Source: the human T2T-CHM13v2.0 reference genome, Homo sapiens. From it: a DNA stretch of 64,000 nucleotides. The stretch is from assembly GCF_009914755.1 (NCBI RefSeq), contig NC_060937.1; one strand, 5' to 3'. Position numbers and translations under genes: made by a program. The notes below the pieces were generated by a model. It made no database searches. It was not told the origin of the DNA and was given only the letters and a program-made list of their open reading frames with translations. This document shows, in pieces, positions 1 through 15,400 of the stretch; the first letter of the stretch is position 1, and each line of letters opens with the position of its first letter.

Positions 1-5
1 ATAGT

Positions 6-47
6 GTACATAAAATATCAAAGTACCCAAACTATACATTATATACT
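6..47 (+). repeat. Representative 42-bp monomer (17-bp + 25-bp subunits)
   Basis: GTAC occurs at 6, 23 and 48, giving spacings of 17 and 25 bp (sum 42). Confidence 0.97.
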
Positions 48-1366
48 GTACATAAAATATGAAATTGCATCAAATATATATTAGGTACATAAAATATGAA
101 AGTACATCAAATATAGATTATATACTGTACATAAAATATCAAAGTACCCCAAATATACATTATATAGTCTACATGAAATATCAAAATACACAAACTATAT
201 ATTCTATAGTGTACATAAAATATCAAACTACCCAAGGTATGTATTCTATACTGTACAAAAAATATCAAAGTTCCCAAAGTAAGTATTATATACCGTACAT
301 AAAATATGAAAGTACATCAAATATATATTTTATTCTCTACATAAAATATGAAAGTACACAAGATATATATTTTATATATAATATAAATACATAAGTACAT
401 AAAATATCAAAGTACACAAACTATATATTATGTACTGTACATAAAATATGAAATTTCATCAAATATATATTAGGTACATAAAATATGAAAGTACATCAAA
501 TATAGATTGTATACTGTACATAAAATATCAAAGTACACCAAATATATATTATATACTGAACATGAAATATCAAAGTTCACAAACTATATATTATATACTG
601 TACATAAAATATCAAAGTACACAAGGTATATATTCTATACTGTTCAAAAAATATCAAAGTACCCAAAGCATGTATTATATATTGTACATAAAATATGAAA
701 GTACATCAAATATATATTTTATTCTGTGCATAAAATACCAAAGTACACCAGATATATATTATATGGTGTACATAAAATATCAATGTACCCAAACTATACA
801 TTAAATACTGTACATAAAATATCAAATTACATCAAATATATATTATATTAGGTACATAAAATATGAAAGTACATCAAATATATATTTTATTCTGTACATA
901 AAATATCAAAGTACACCAGATATATATTCTATAGTGTACATAAAATATCAAAGTAGCCAAACTATACATTATATACTGTACATAAAATATGAAATTACAT
1001 CAAATATATATTATATTAGGTACATAAAATATGAAAGTACATGAAATATAGATTATATACTGTACATAAAATATCAAAGTACCCCAAATATATATTACAT
1101 ACTCTACATGAAATATCAAATTTCACAAGCTATATATTATATACTGTACATAAAATATCAAAGTACCCAAGGTATATATTCTATACTGTACAAAAAATAT
1201 CAAAGTACCCAAAGCATGTATTATATACTGTACATAAAATATGAAATTACATCAAATATATATTTTATTCTGTACATAAAATATCAAAGTACACCAGATA
1301 TATATTCTATAGTGTACATAAAATTACAAAGTACACAAACTATACATTATATACTGTACATAAAAT

Positions 1367-1739
1367 ATGAAATTACATCAAATATATATTAGGTACATAA
1401 AATATGAAAGTACATCAAATATAGATTATATACTGTACATAAAATATCAAAGTACCCCAAATATATATTATATACTCTACATGAAATATCAAAGTTCACA
1501 AACTATATATTATATACTGTATATAAAATATCAAATTACCCAAGGTATATATTCTATACTGTACAAGAAATATCAAAGTACCCAAAGCATGTATTATATA
1601 CTGTATATAAAATATGAAAGCACATCAAATATATATTTTATTCTGTACATAAAATATCAAAGTACACCAGATATATATTCTATAGTGTACATAAAATATC
1701 AAAGTACCCAAACTATACATTATATACTGTACATAAAAT
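1367..1739 (+). repeat. Representative 373-bp variant unit (5-bp deletion in the TTAGG monomer)
   Basis: CAAATATATATTAGG replaces CAAATATATATTATATTAGG. Unit starts at 1367 and 1740 are 373 bp apart. Confidence 0.95.
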
Positions 1740-2117
1740 ATGAAATTACATCAAATATATATTATATTAGGTACATAAAATATGAAAGTACATCAAATAT
1801 AGATTATATACTGTACATAAAATATCAAAGTACCCCAAATATATATTATATACTCTACATGAAATATTAAAGTTCACAAACTATATATTATATACTGTAC
1901 ATAAAATATCAAAGTACCCAAGGTATATATTCTATAATGTACAAAAAATATCAAAGTACCCAAAGCATGTATTATATCCTGTACATAAAATATGAAAGTA
2001 CATCAAGTATATATTTTATTCTGTACATAAAATATCAAAGTACACCAGATATATATTCTATAGTGTACATAAAATAACAAGGTACACAAACTATACATTA
2101 TATACTGTACATAAAAT
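1740..2117 (+). repeat. Representative full-length 378-bp higher-order unit (9 x 42 bp)
   Basis: ATGAAATTACATC recurs at 1740 and 2118. Nine distinguishable monomers follow in fixed order, with cores AATTACATC..TTAGG, AGTACATC..TAGATT, AGTACCCC, AGTTCACA, ACCCAAGG, ACCCAAAGCATG, AGTACATC..TTTTATTC, ACACCAGAT and AC(C/A)CAAACT. Confidence 0.95.
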
Positions 2118-4690
2118 ATGAAATTACATCAAATATATATTAGGTACATAAAATATGAAAGTACATCAAATATAGGTTATATACTGTACATAAAATATCA
2201 AAGTACCCCAAATATATATTATATACTCTACATGAAATATCAAAGTTCACAAACTATATATTATATACTGTACATAAAATATCAAAGTACCCACAGTATA
2301 TATTCTATACTGTACAAAAAATATCAAAGTACCCAAAGCATGTATTATATACTGTACATAAAATATGAAAGTTCATCAAATATATATTTTATTCTGTACA
2401 TAAAATATCAAAGTACACCAGATATATATATCTATAGTGTACATAAAATATCAAAGTATGCAAACTATACATTATATACTGTACATAAAATATGAAATCA
2501 CATCAAATATATATTATATTAGGTACATAAAATATGAAAGTACATCAAATATAGATTATATACTGTACATTAAATACCAAAGTACCCCAAATATATATTT
2601 TATACTGTACATGAAATATCAAAGTTCACAAACTATATGTTATATACTGTACATAAAATATCAAAGTACCCGAGGTATATATTCTATACAGTACAAAAAA
2701 TATCAAAGTACCCAAAGCATGTATTATATACTGTACATAAAATATGAAAGTACATCAAATATATATTTTATTCTGTACATAAAATATCAAAGTACACCAG
2801 ATATATATTCTATAGTGTACATAAAATATAAAAGTACCCAAACTATACATTATATACTGTACATAAAATATGAAATTACATCAAATATATTTTATATTAG
2901 GTACATAAAATATGAAAGTACATCAAATATAGATTATATACTGTACATTAAATACCAAAGTACCCCAAATATATATTTTGTACTGTACATGAAATATCAA
3001 AGTTCACAAACTACATATTATATACTGTACATATAATATCAAAGTACCCGAGGTATATATTCTATACTGTACAAAAAATAAGAAAGTACCAAAAGCATGT
3101 AATATATACTGTACCTAAAATATGAAAGTACATCAAATATATATTTTATTCTTTACATAAAATATCAAAGTACACCAGATATATATTCTATAGTGTACAT
3201 AAAATATCAAAGTACCCAAACTATACATTATATACTGTACATAAAATATGAAATTACATCAAATATATATTAGGTACATAAAATATGAAAGTACATCAAA
3301 TATAGATTATATACTGTACATAAAATATCAAAGTACCCCAAATATATATTATATACTGTACATGAAATATCAGAGTTCACAAACTATATATTATATACTG
3401 TACATAAAATATCAAAGTACGCAAGGTATATATTCTATACTGTACAAAAAATATCAAAGTACCCAAAGCATGTATTATATACTGTACATAAAATATGAAA
3501 GTACATCAAATATATATTTTATTCTGTACATAAAATATCAAAGTACACCAGATATATATTCTATAGTGTACATAAAATAACAAAGTACAAAAACTATAAA
3601 ATACATACTGTACATAAAATATGAAATTACATCAAATATATATTAAGTACATAAAATATGAAAGTATATCAAATATAGATTATATACTGTACATAATATA
3701 TCAATGTACCCCAAATATACATGTTATACTCTACATGAAATATCAAAGTTCACAAACCATATATTATATACTGTACATAAAATATCAAAGTACCCAAGTT
3801 ATATATTCTATAATATACAAAAAATATCAGAGTACCCAAAGCATGTATTATATACTGTACATAAAATATGAAAGTACATCAAATATATATTTTATTCTTT
3901 ACATAAAATATCAAAGTACACCAGATATATATTCTATAGTGTACATAAAATATCAAAGTACCCAAACTATACATTATATACTGTACATAAAATATGAGAT
4001 TACATCAAATATATATTATATTAGGTACATAAAATATGAAAGTACATCAAATATAGATTATATACTGTACATAAAATATCAAAGTACCCCAAATATATAT
4101 TTTATACTCGACATGAAATATCAAAGTTCAGAAACCATATCTTATATACTGTACATAAAATATCAAAGTACCCAAGGTATATATTCTATACTGTACAAAA
4201 AATATCAAAGTACCCAAATCAAGTATTATATACTGTACATAAAATATGAAAGTACATCAAATATATATTTTATTCTGTACATAAAATATCAAAGTACACC
4301 AGATATATATTCTATAGTGTACATAAAATATCAAAGTACCCAAACTATACATTATATACTGTACATAAAATATGAAATTACATCAAATATATATTATATT
4401 AGGTACATAAAATATGAAAGTACATCAAATATATATTATATACTGTACATAAAATATCAAAGTACCCAAATATATATTACATACTCTACATGAAATATCA
4501 AAGTTCACAAACTATATATTATATACTGTACATAAAATGTCAAAGTACCGAAGGTATATATTCTATATTGTACAAAAAATATCAATGTACCCAAAGCATG
4601 TATTATATACTGTATATAAAATATGAAATTACATCAAATATATATTATATTCTGTACATAAAATATCAAAGTATACCAGATATATATTCT

Positions 4691-5820
4691 ATAGTGTACA
4701 TAAAATATCAAAGTACCCAAACTATACATTATATACTGTACATAAAATATGAAATTGCATCAAATATATATTAGGTACATAAAATATGAAAGTACATCAA
4801 ATATAGATTATATACTGTACATAAAATATCAAAGTACCCCAAATATACATTATATAGTCTACATGAAATATCAAAATACACAAACTATATATTATATAGT
4901 GTACTTAAAATATCAAAGTACCCAAGGTATGTATTCTATACTGTACAAAAAATATCAAAGTTCCCAAAGTAAGTATTATATACCGTACATAAAATATGAA
5001 AGTACATCAAATATATATTTTATTCTCTACATAAAATATGAAAGTACACAAGATATATATTTTATATATAATATAAATACATAAGTACATAAAATATCAA
5101 AGTACACAAACTATATATTATGTACTGTACATAAAATATGAAATTTCATCAAATATATATTAGGTACCTAAAATATGAAAGTACATCAAATATAGATTGT
5201 ATACTGTACATAAAATATCAAAGTACACCAAATATATATTATATACTGAACATGAAATATCAAAGTTCACAAACTATATATTATATACTGTACATAAAAT
5301 ATCAAAGTACCCAAGGTATATATTCTATACTGTTCAAAAAATATCAAAGTACCCAAAGCATGTATTATATATTGTACATAAAATATGAAAGTACATCAAA
5401 TATATATTTTATTCTGTACATAAAATACCAAAGTACACCAGATATATATTATATGGTGTACATAAAATATCAATGTACCCAATCTATACATTATATACTG
5501 TACATAAAATATCAAATTACATCAAATATATATTATATTAGGTACATAAAATATGAAAGTACATCAAATATATATTTTATTCTGTACATAAAATATCAAA
5601 GTACACCAGATATATATTCTATAGTGTACATAAAATATCAAAGTAGCCAAACTATACATTATATACTGTACATAAAATATGAAATTACATCAAATATATA
5701 TTATATTAGGTACATAAAATATGAAAGTACATGAAATATAGATTATATACTGTACATAAAATATCAAAGTACCCCAAATATATATTACATACTCTACATG
5801 AAATATCAAATTTCACAAGC
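4691..5820 (+). repeat. Near-identical copy of window positions ~1-1130 (offset 4690 bp)
   Basis: Rare markers are shared at +4690: the insertion at 371/5061, AAATTGCATC, AAATTTCATC, TATGGTGTAC, AGTAGCCAAA and GTACATGAAATATAG. ORF starts pair as 59/4749, 448/5138 and 1041/5731. Confidence 0.9.
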
Positions 5821-8800
5821 TATATATTATATAGTGTACATAAATTATCAAAGTACCCAAGGTATACATTCTATGCTGTACAAAAAATATCAAAGTACCC
5901 AAAGCATGTATTATATACTGTATATAAATTATGAAAGTACATCAAATATATATTTTATTCTGTACATAAAATATCAAAGTACACCAGATATATATTCTAT
6001 AGTGTACATAAAATAACAAAGTACACAAACTATAAATTATATACTGTACATAAAATATGAAATTACATCAAATATATATTAGGTACATAAAATATGAAAG
6101 TACATCAAATATAGATTATATACTGTACATATAATATCAATGTACCCCAAATATATATTTTGTACTCTACATGAAATATCAAAGTTCACAAACCATATAT
6201 TATATAGTGTACATAAAATATCAAAGTACCCAAGGTATATATTCTATACTGTACAAAAAATATCAAAGTACCCAAAGCCTGTATTATATACTGTACATAA
6301 AATATGAAAGTACATCAAATATATATTTTATTCTGTACATAAAATATCAAAGTACACCAGATATATATTCTATAGTGTACATAAAATATCAAAGTACCCA
6401 AACTATACATTATATACTGTACATAAAATATGAAATTACATCAAATATATATTATATTAGGTACATAAAATATGAAAGTACATCAAATATAGATTATATA
6501 CTGTACATAAAATATCAAAGTACCCCAAATATATATTATATAGTGTACATGAAATATCAAACTTCACAAACTATATATTATATACTGTACATAAAATAGC
6601 AAAGTACCGAAGGTATATATTCTATCCTGTACAAAAAATATCAAGGTACCCAAAGCATGTATTATATACTGTATATAAAATATGAAAGTACATCAAATAT
6701 ATATTTTATTCTGTACATAAAATATCAAAGTACACCAGATATATATTCTATAGTGTGCATAAAGTAACAAAGTACAAAAACTATAAATTATATTCTGTAC
6801 ATAAAATATGAAATTACATCAAATATATATTGGTACATAAAATATGAAAGTACATCCAATATAGATTATATACTGTACATAAAATATCAATGTACCACAA
6901 ATATATATTTTATACTGTACATGAAATATCAAAGTTCACAAACCATATATTATATACTGTACATAAAATATCAAAGTACCCAAGGTATATATTCTATACT
7001 GTACAAAAAATATCAAAGTACCCAAAGCATGTATTATATACTGTACATAAAATATGAAAGTACATCAAATATATATTTTATTCTGTACATAAAATATCAA
7101 AGTACACCAGATATATATTCTATAGTGTACATAAAATATCAAAGTACCCAAACTATACATTATATACTGTACATAAAATATGAAATTACATCAAATATAT
7201 ATTATATTAGGTACATAAAATATGAAAGTACATCAAATATAGATTATATACTGTACATAAAATATCAAAGTACCCCAAATATATATTATATACTGTATAT
7301 GAAATATCAAAGTTCACAAACTATATATTATATACTGTACATAAAATATTAAAGTACCCAAGGTATATATTCTATACTGCACAAAAAAATCAAAGTACCC
7401 AAAGCATGTATTATATACTGTATATAAAATATGAAAGTACATCAAATATATATTTTATTCTGTACATTATATATCAAAGTACACCAGATATATATTCTAT
7501 AGTGTACATAAAATAACAAAGTACACAAACTATAAATTATATACTGTACATAAAATATGAAATTACATCAAATATATATTAGGTACATAAAATATGAAAG
7601 TACATCAAATATAGATTATATACTGTACATAAAATATCAATGTACCCCAAATATATATTTTATACTCTACATGAAATATCAAAGTTCACAAACCATATAT
7701 TGTATACTGTACATAAAATATCAAAGTACCAAAGGTATGTATTCTATACTGTACAAAAAATATCAAAGTACCCAAAGCATGTATTATATACTGTACATAA
7801 AATATGAAAGTACATCAAAAATATATATTTAATTCTGTACATAAAATATCAAAGTACACCAGATATATATTCTATAGTGTACATAAAATATCAAAGTACC
7901 CAAACTATTTATTATATACTGTACATAAAATATGAAATTACATCAAATATGTATTATATTAGGAACATAAAATACGAAAGTACATCAAATATAGATTATA
8001 TACTGTACATAAAATATCAAAGTACCCCAAATATATATTATATACTCTACATGAAATATCAAAGTTCACAAACTATATATTATATACTGTACATAAAATA
8101 TCAAAGTACCCAAGGTATATATTCTATACTGTACAAAAAATATCAAAGTACCCAAAGCATGTATTATATACTGTACATAAAATATGAAAGTACATCAAAT
8201 ATATATTTTATTCTGTACATAAAATATCAAGGTACACCAGATATATATTCTATAGTGTACATAAAATATCAAAGTACCCAAAGTATAAATTATATACTGT
8301 ACATAAAATATGAAATTACATCAAATATATATTATATTAGGTACATAAAATATGAAAGTACATCAAATATAGATTATATACTGTACATTAAATACCAAAG
8401 TACCCCAAATATATATTTTATACTGTACATGAAATATCAAAGTTCACAAACTATATGTTATATACTGTACATAAAATATCAAAGTACCCGAGGTATATAT
8501 TCTATACTGTACAAAAAATATCAAAGTACCCAAAGCATGTATTATATACTGTACATAAAATATGAAAATACATCAAATATATATTTTATTCTGTACATAA
8601 AATATCAAAGTACACCAGATATATATTCTATAGTGTACATAAAATATAAAAGTACCCAAACTATACATTATATACTGTACATAAAATATGAAATTACATC
8701 AAATATATTTTATATTAGGTACATAAAATATGAAAGTACATCAAATATAGATTATATACTGTACATTAAATACCAAAGTACCCCAAATATATATTTTATA

Positions 8801-11800
8801 CTGTACATGAAATATCAAAGTTCACAAACTACATATTATATACTGTACATATAATATCAAAGTACCCGAGGTATATATTCTATAGTGTACAAAAAATAAC
8901 AAAGTACCAAAAGCATGTAATATATACTGTACCTAAAATATGAAAGTACATCAAATATATATTTTATTCTTTACATAAAATATCAAAGTACACCAGATAT
9001 ATATTCTATAGTGTACATAAAATATCAAAGTACCCAAACTATACATTATATACTGTACATAAAATATGAAATTACATCAAATATATATTAGGTACATAAA
9101 ATATGAAAGTACATCAAATATAGATTATATACTGTACATAAAATATCAAAGTACCCCAAATATATATTATATACTGTACATGAAATATCAGAGTTCACAA
9201 ACTATATATTATATTCTGTACATAAAATATCAAAGTACCCAAGGTATATATTCTATACTGTACAAAAAATATCAAAGTACCCAAAGCATGTATTATATAC
9301 TGTACAAAAAATATGAAAGTACATCAAATATATATTTTATTCTGTACATAATATATCAAAGTACACCAGATATATATTCTATTGTGTACATAAAGTATCA
9401 AAGTACCCAAACTATTTATTATATACTGTACATGAAATATGAAATTACATCAAATATATATTATATTAGGTACATAAAATATGAAAGTACATCAAATATA
9501 GATTATATACTGTACATTAAATACCAAAGTACCCCAAATATATATTTTATACTGTACATGAAATATCAAAGTTCACAAACTATATATTATATACTGTACA
9601 TAAAATATCAAAGTACCCAAGGTATATATTCTATACTGTACAAAAAATATCAAAGTACCCACAGCATGTATTATATACTGTACATAAAATATGAAAGTAC
9701 ATCAAATACATATATTATTCTGTACATAAAATATCAAAGTACACCAGATATATATTCCATAGTGTACATAAAATATCAAAGTACCCAAACTATACATTAT
9801 ATACTGTACATAAAATATGAAATTACATCAAATTTATATTAGGTACATAAAATATGAAAGTACATCAAATATAGATTATATACTGTACATAAAATATCAA
9901 AGTACCCCAAAATATATATTATATACTCTACATGAAATATCAAAGTTCACAAACTATATATTATATACTGTACATAAAATATCATATTACCCAAGGTATA
10001 TATTCTATACTGTGCAAAAAATATCAAAGTACCCAAAGCATGTATTATATACTGTATATAAAATATGAAAGTACATCAAATATATATTTTATTCTGTACA
10101 AAAAATATCAAAGTACACCAGATATATATTCTATAGTGTACATAAAATAACAAAGTACAAAAACTATAAAATATATACTGTACATAAAATATGAAATTAC
10201 ATCAAATATATATTAAGTACATAAAATATGAAAGTACATCAAATATAGATTATATACTGTACATAAAATATCAATGTACCCCAAATATATATGTTATACT
10301 CTACATGAAATATCAAAGTTCACAAACCATATATTATATCCTGTACATAAAATATCAAAGTACCCAAGTTATAAATTCTATACTATACAAAAAATATCAA
10401 AGTACCGAAAGCATGTATTATATACTGTACATAAAATATGAAAGTACATCAAATATATATTTTATTCTTTACATAAAATATCAAAGTACACCAGATATAT
10501 ATTCTATAGTGTACATAAAATATCAAAGTACCCAAACTATACATTATATACTGTACATAAAATATGAGATTACATCAAATATATATTATATTAGGTACAT
10601 AAAATATGAAAGTACATCAAATATAGATTATATACTGTACATAAAATATCAAAGTACCCCAAATATATATTATATACTTTACATGAAATATCAAAGTTCA
10701 CAAACTATATATTATATACTGTACATAAAATATCAAAGTACCCAAGGTATATATTCTATACTGTACAAAAAATATCAAAGTACCCATAGCATGTATTATA
10801 TACTGTACATAAAATATGAAATTACATCAAATATATATTTTATTCTGTACATAAAATATCAAAGTACACCAGATATATATTCTATAGTGTACATAAAATT
10901 ACAAAGTACACAAACTATACATTATATACTGTACATAAAATATGAAATTACATCAAATATATATTAGGTACATAAAATATGAAAGTACATCAAATATAGA
11001 TTATATACTGTACATAAAATATCAAAGTACCCCAAATATATATTTTGTACTCTACATGAAATATCAAAGTTCACAAACCATATATTATATAGTGTACATA
11101 AAATATCAAAGTACCCAAGGTATATATTCTATACTGTACAAAAAATATCAAAATACCCAAAGCCTGTATTATATACTGTACATAAAATATGAAAGTACAT
11201 CAAATATATATTTTATTCTGTACATAAAATATCAAAGTACACCAGATATATATTCTATAGTGTACATAAAATATCAAAGTACCCAAACTATACATTATAT
11301 ACTGTACATAAAATATGAAATTACATCAAATATATATTATATTAGGTACATAAAATATGAAAGTACATCAAATATAGATTATATACTGTACATAAAATAT
11401 CAAAGTACCCCAAATATATATTATATAGTGTACATGAAATATCAAACTTCACAAACTATATATTATATACTGTACATAAAATAGCAAAGTACCCAAGGTA
11501 TATATTCTATCCTGTACAAAAAATATCAAAGTACCCAAAGCATGTATTATATACTGTACATAAAATATGAAATTACATCAAATATATATTTTATTCTGTA
11601 CATAAAATATCAAAGTACACCAGATATATATTCTATAGTGTACATAAAATAACAAAGTACAAAAACTATAAATTATATACTGTACATAAAATATGAAATT
11701 ACATCAAATATATATTGGTACATAAAATATGAAAGTACATCCAATATAGATTATATACTGTACATAAAATATCAATGTACCACAAATATATATTTTATAC

Positions 11801-12440
11801 TCTACATGAAATATCAAAGTTCACAAACCATATATTATATACTGTACATAAAATATCAAAGTACCCAAGGTATATATTCTATACTGTACAAAAAATATCA
11901 AAGTACCCAAACATGTATTATATACTGTACATAAAATATGAAAGTACATCAAATATATATTTTATTCTGTACATAAAATATCAAAGTACACCAGATATAT
12001 ATTCTATAGTGTACATAAAATATCAAAGTACCCAAACTATACATTATATACTGTACATAAAATATGAAATTACATCAAATATATATTATATTAGGTACAT
12101 AAAATATGAAAGTACATCAAATATAGATTATATACTGTACATAAAATATCAAAGTACCCCAAATATATATTATATACTGTATATGAAATATCAAAGTTCA
12201 CAAACTATATATTATATACTGTACATAAAATATTAAAGTACCCAAGGTATATATTCTATACTGCACAAAAAAATCAAAGTACCCAAAGCATGTATTATAT
12301 ACTGTATATAAAATATGAAAGTACATCAAATATATATTTTATTCTGTACAAAAAATATCAAAGTACACCAGATATATATTCTATAGTGTACATAAAATAA
12401 CAAAGTACAAAAACTATAAAATATATACTGTACATAAAAT

Positions 12441-15400
12441 ATGAAATTACATCAAATATATATTAAGTACATAAAATATGAAAGTACATCAAATATAGAT
12501 TATATACTGTACATAAAATATCAATGTACCCCAAATATATATGTTATACTCTACATGAAATATCAAAGTTCACAAACCATATATTATATACTGTACTTAA
12601 AATATCAAAGTACCCAAGTTATATATTCTATACTATACAAAAAATATCAAAGTACCCAAAGCATGTATTATATACTGTACATAAAATATGAAAGTACATC
12701 AAATATATATTTTATTCTTTACATAAAATATCAAAGTACACCAGATATATATTCTATAGTGTACATAAAATATCAAAGTACCCAAACTATACATTATATA
12801 CTGTACATAAAATATGAGATTACATCAAATATATATTATATTAGGTACATAAAATATGAAAGTACATCAAATATAGATTATATACTGTACATAAAATATC
12901 AAAGTACCCCAAATATATATTATATACTCTAAATGAAATATCAAAGTTCACAAACTATATATTATATACTGTACATAAAATATCAAAGTACCCAAGGTAT
13001 ATATTCTATACTGTACAAAAAATATCAAAGTACCCAAAGCATGTATTATATACTGTACATAAAATATGAAATTACATCAAATATATATTTTATTCTGTAC
13101 ATAAAATATCAAAGTACACCAGATATATATTCTATAGTGTACATAAAATTACAAAGTACACAAACTATACATTATATACTGTACATAAAATATGAAATTA
13201 CATCAAATATATATTAGGTACATAAAATATGAAAGTACATCAAATGTAGATTATATACTGTACATAAAATATCAAAATACCCCAAATATATATTATATAC
13301 TCTACATGAAATATCAAAGTTCACAAACTATATATTATATACTGTATATAAAATATCAAAGTACCCAAGGTATATATTCTATACTGTACAAAAAATATCA
13401 AAGTTCCCAAAGCATGTATTATATACTGTATATAAAATATGAAAGCACATCAAATATATATTTTCTTCTGTACATAAAATATCAAAGTACACCAGATATA
13501 TATTCTATAGTGTACATAAAATATCAAAGTACCCAAACTATACATTATATACTGTACATAAAATATGAAATTACATCAAATATATATTATATTAGGTACA
13601 TAAAATATGAAAGTACATCAAATATAGATTATATACTGTACATAAAATATCAAAGTACCCCAAATATATATTATATACTCTACATGAAATATCAAAGTTC
13701 ACAAACTATATATTATATACTGTACATAAAATATCAAAGTACCCAAGGTATATATTCTATAATGTAAAAAAAATATCAAAGTACCCAAAGCATGTATTAT
13801 ATCCTGTACATAAAATATGAAAGTACATCAAGTATATATTTTATTCTGTACATAAAATATCAAAGTACACCAGATATATATTCTATAGTGTACATAAAAT
13901 AACAAAGTACACAAACTATACATTATATACTGTACATAAAATATGAAATTACATCAAATATATATTAGGTACATAAAATATGAAAGTACATCAAATATAG
14001 GTTATATACTGTACATAAAATATCAAAGTACCCCAAATATATATTATATACTCTACATGAAATATCAAAGTTCACAAACTATATATTATATACTGTACAT
14101 AAAATATCAAAGTACCCAAAGTATATATTCTATACTGTACAAAAAATATCAAAGTACCCAAAGCATGTATTATATACTGTATATAAAATATGAAAGTACA
14201 TCAAATATATATTTTATTCTGTACATAAAATATAAAAGTACACCAGATATATATTCTATAGTGTACATAAAATATCAAAGTATGCAAACTATACATTATA
14301 TACTGTACATAAAATATGAAATCACATCAAATATATATTATATTAGGTACATAAAATATGAAAGCACATCAAATATAGATTATATACTGTACATTAAATA
14401 CCAAAGTACCCCAAATATATATTTTATACTGTACATGAAATATCAAAGTTCACAAACTATATGTTATATACTGTACATAAAATATCAAAGTACCCGAGGT
14501 ATATATTCTATACTGTACAAAAAATATCAAAGTACCCAAAGCATGTATTATATACTCTACATAAAATATGAAAGTACATCAAATATATATTTTATTCTGT
14601 ACATAAAATATCAAAGTACACCAGATATATATTCAATAGTGTACATAAAATATAAAAGTACCCAAACTATACATTATATACTGTACATAAAATATGAAAT
14701 TACATCAAATATATTTTATATTAGGTACATAAAATATGAAACTACATCAAATATAGATTATATACTGTACATTAAATACCAAAGTACCCCAAATATATAT
14801 TTTATACTGTACATGAAATATCAAAGTTCACAAACTACATATTATATACTGTACATATATCAAAGTACCCGAGGTATATATTCTATACTGTACAAAAAAT
14901 AACAAAGTACCAAAAGCATGTAATATATACTGTACCTAAAATATGAAAGTACATCAAATATATATTTTATTCTTTACATAAAATATCAAAGTACACCAGA
15001 TATATATTCTATAGTGTACATAAAATATCAAAGTACCCAAACTATACATTATATACTGTACATAAAATATGAAATTACATCAAATATATATTAGGTACAT
15101 AAAATATGAAAGTACATCAAATATAGATTATATACTGTACATAAAATATCAAAGTACCACAAATATATATTATATACTGTACATGAAATATCAGAGTTCA
15201 CAAACTATATATTATATACTGTACATACAATATCAAAGTACCCAAGGTATATATTCTATACTGTACAAAAAATATCAAAGTACCCAAAGCATGTATTATA
15301 TACTGTACATAAAATATGAAAGTACATCAAATATATATTTTATTCTGTACATAAAATATCAAAGTACACAAGATATATATTCTATAGTGTACATAAAATA

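Noticed and set aside
81-86. TTAGG once per unit resembling a telomeric repeat
   Set aside because: It is a single non-tandem pentamer within one monomer, not a (TTAGGG)n tract.
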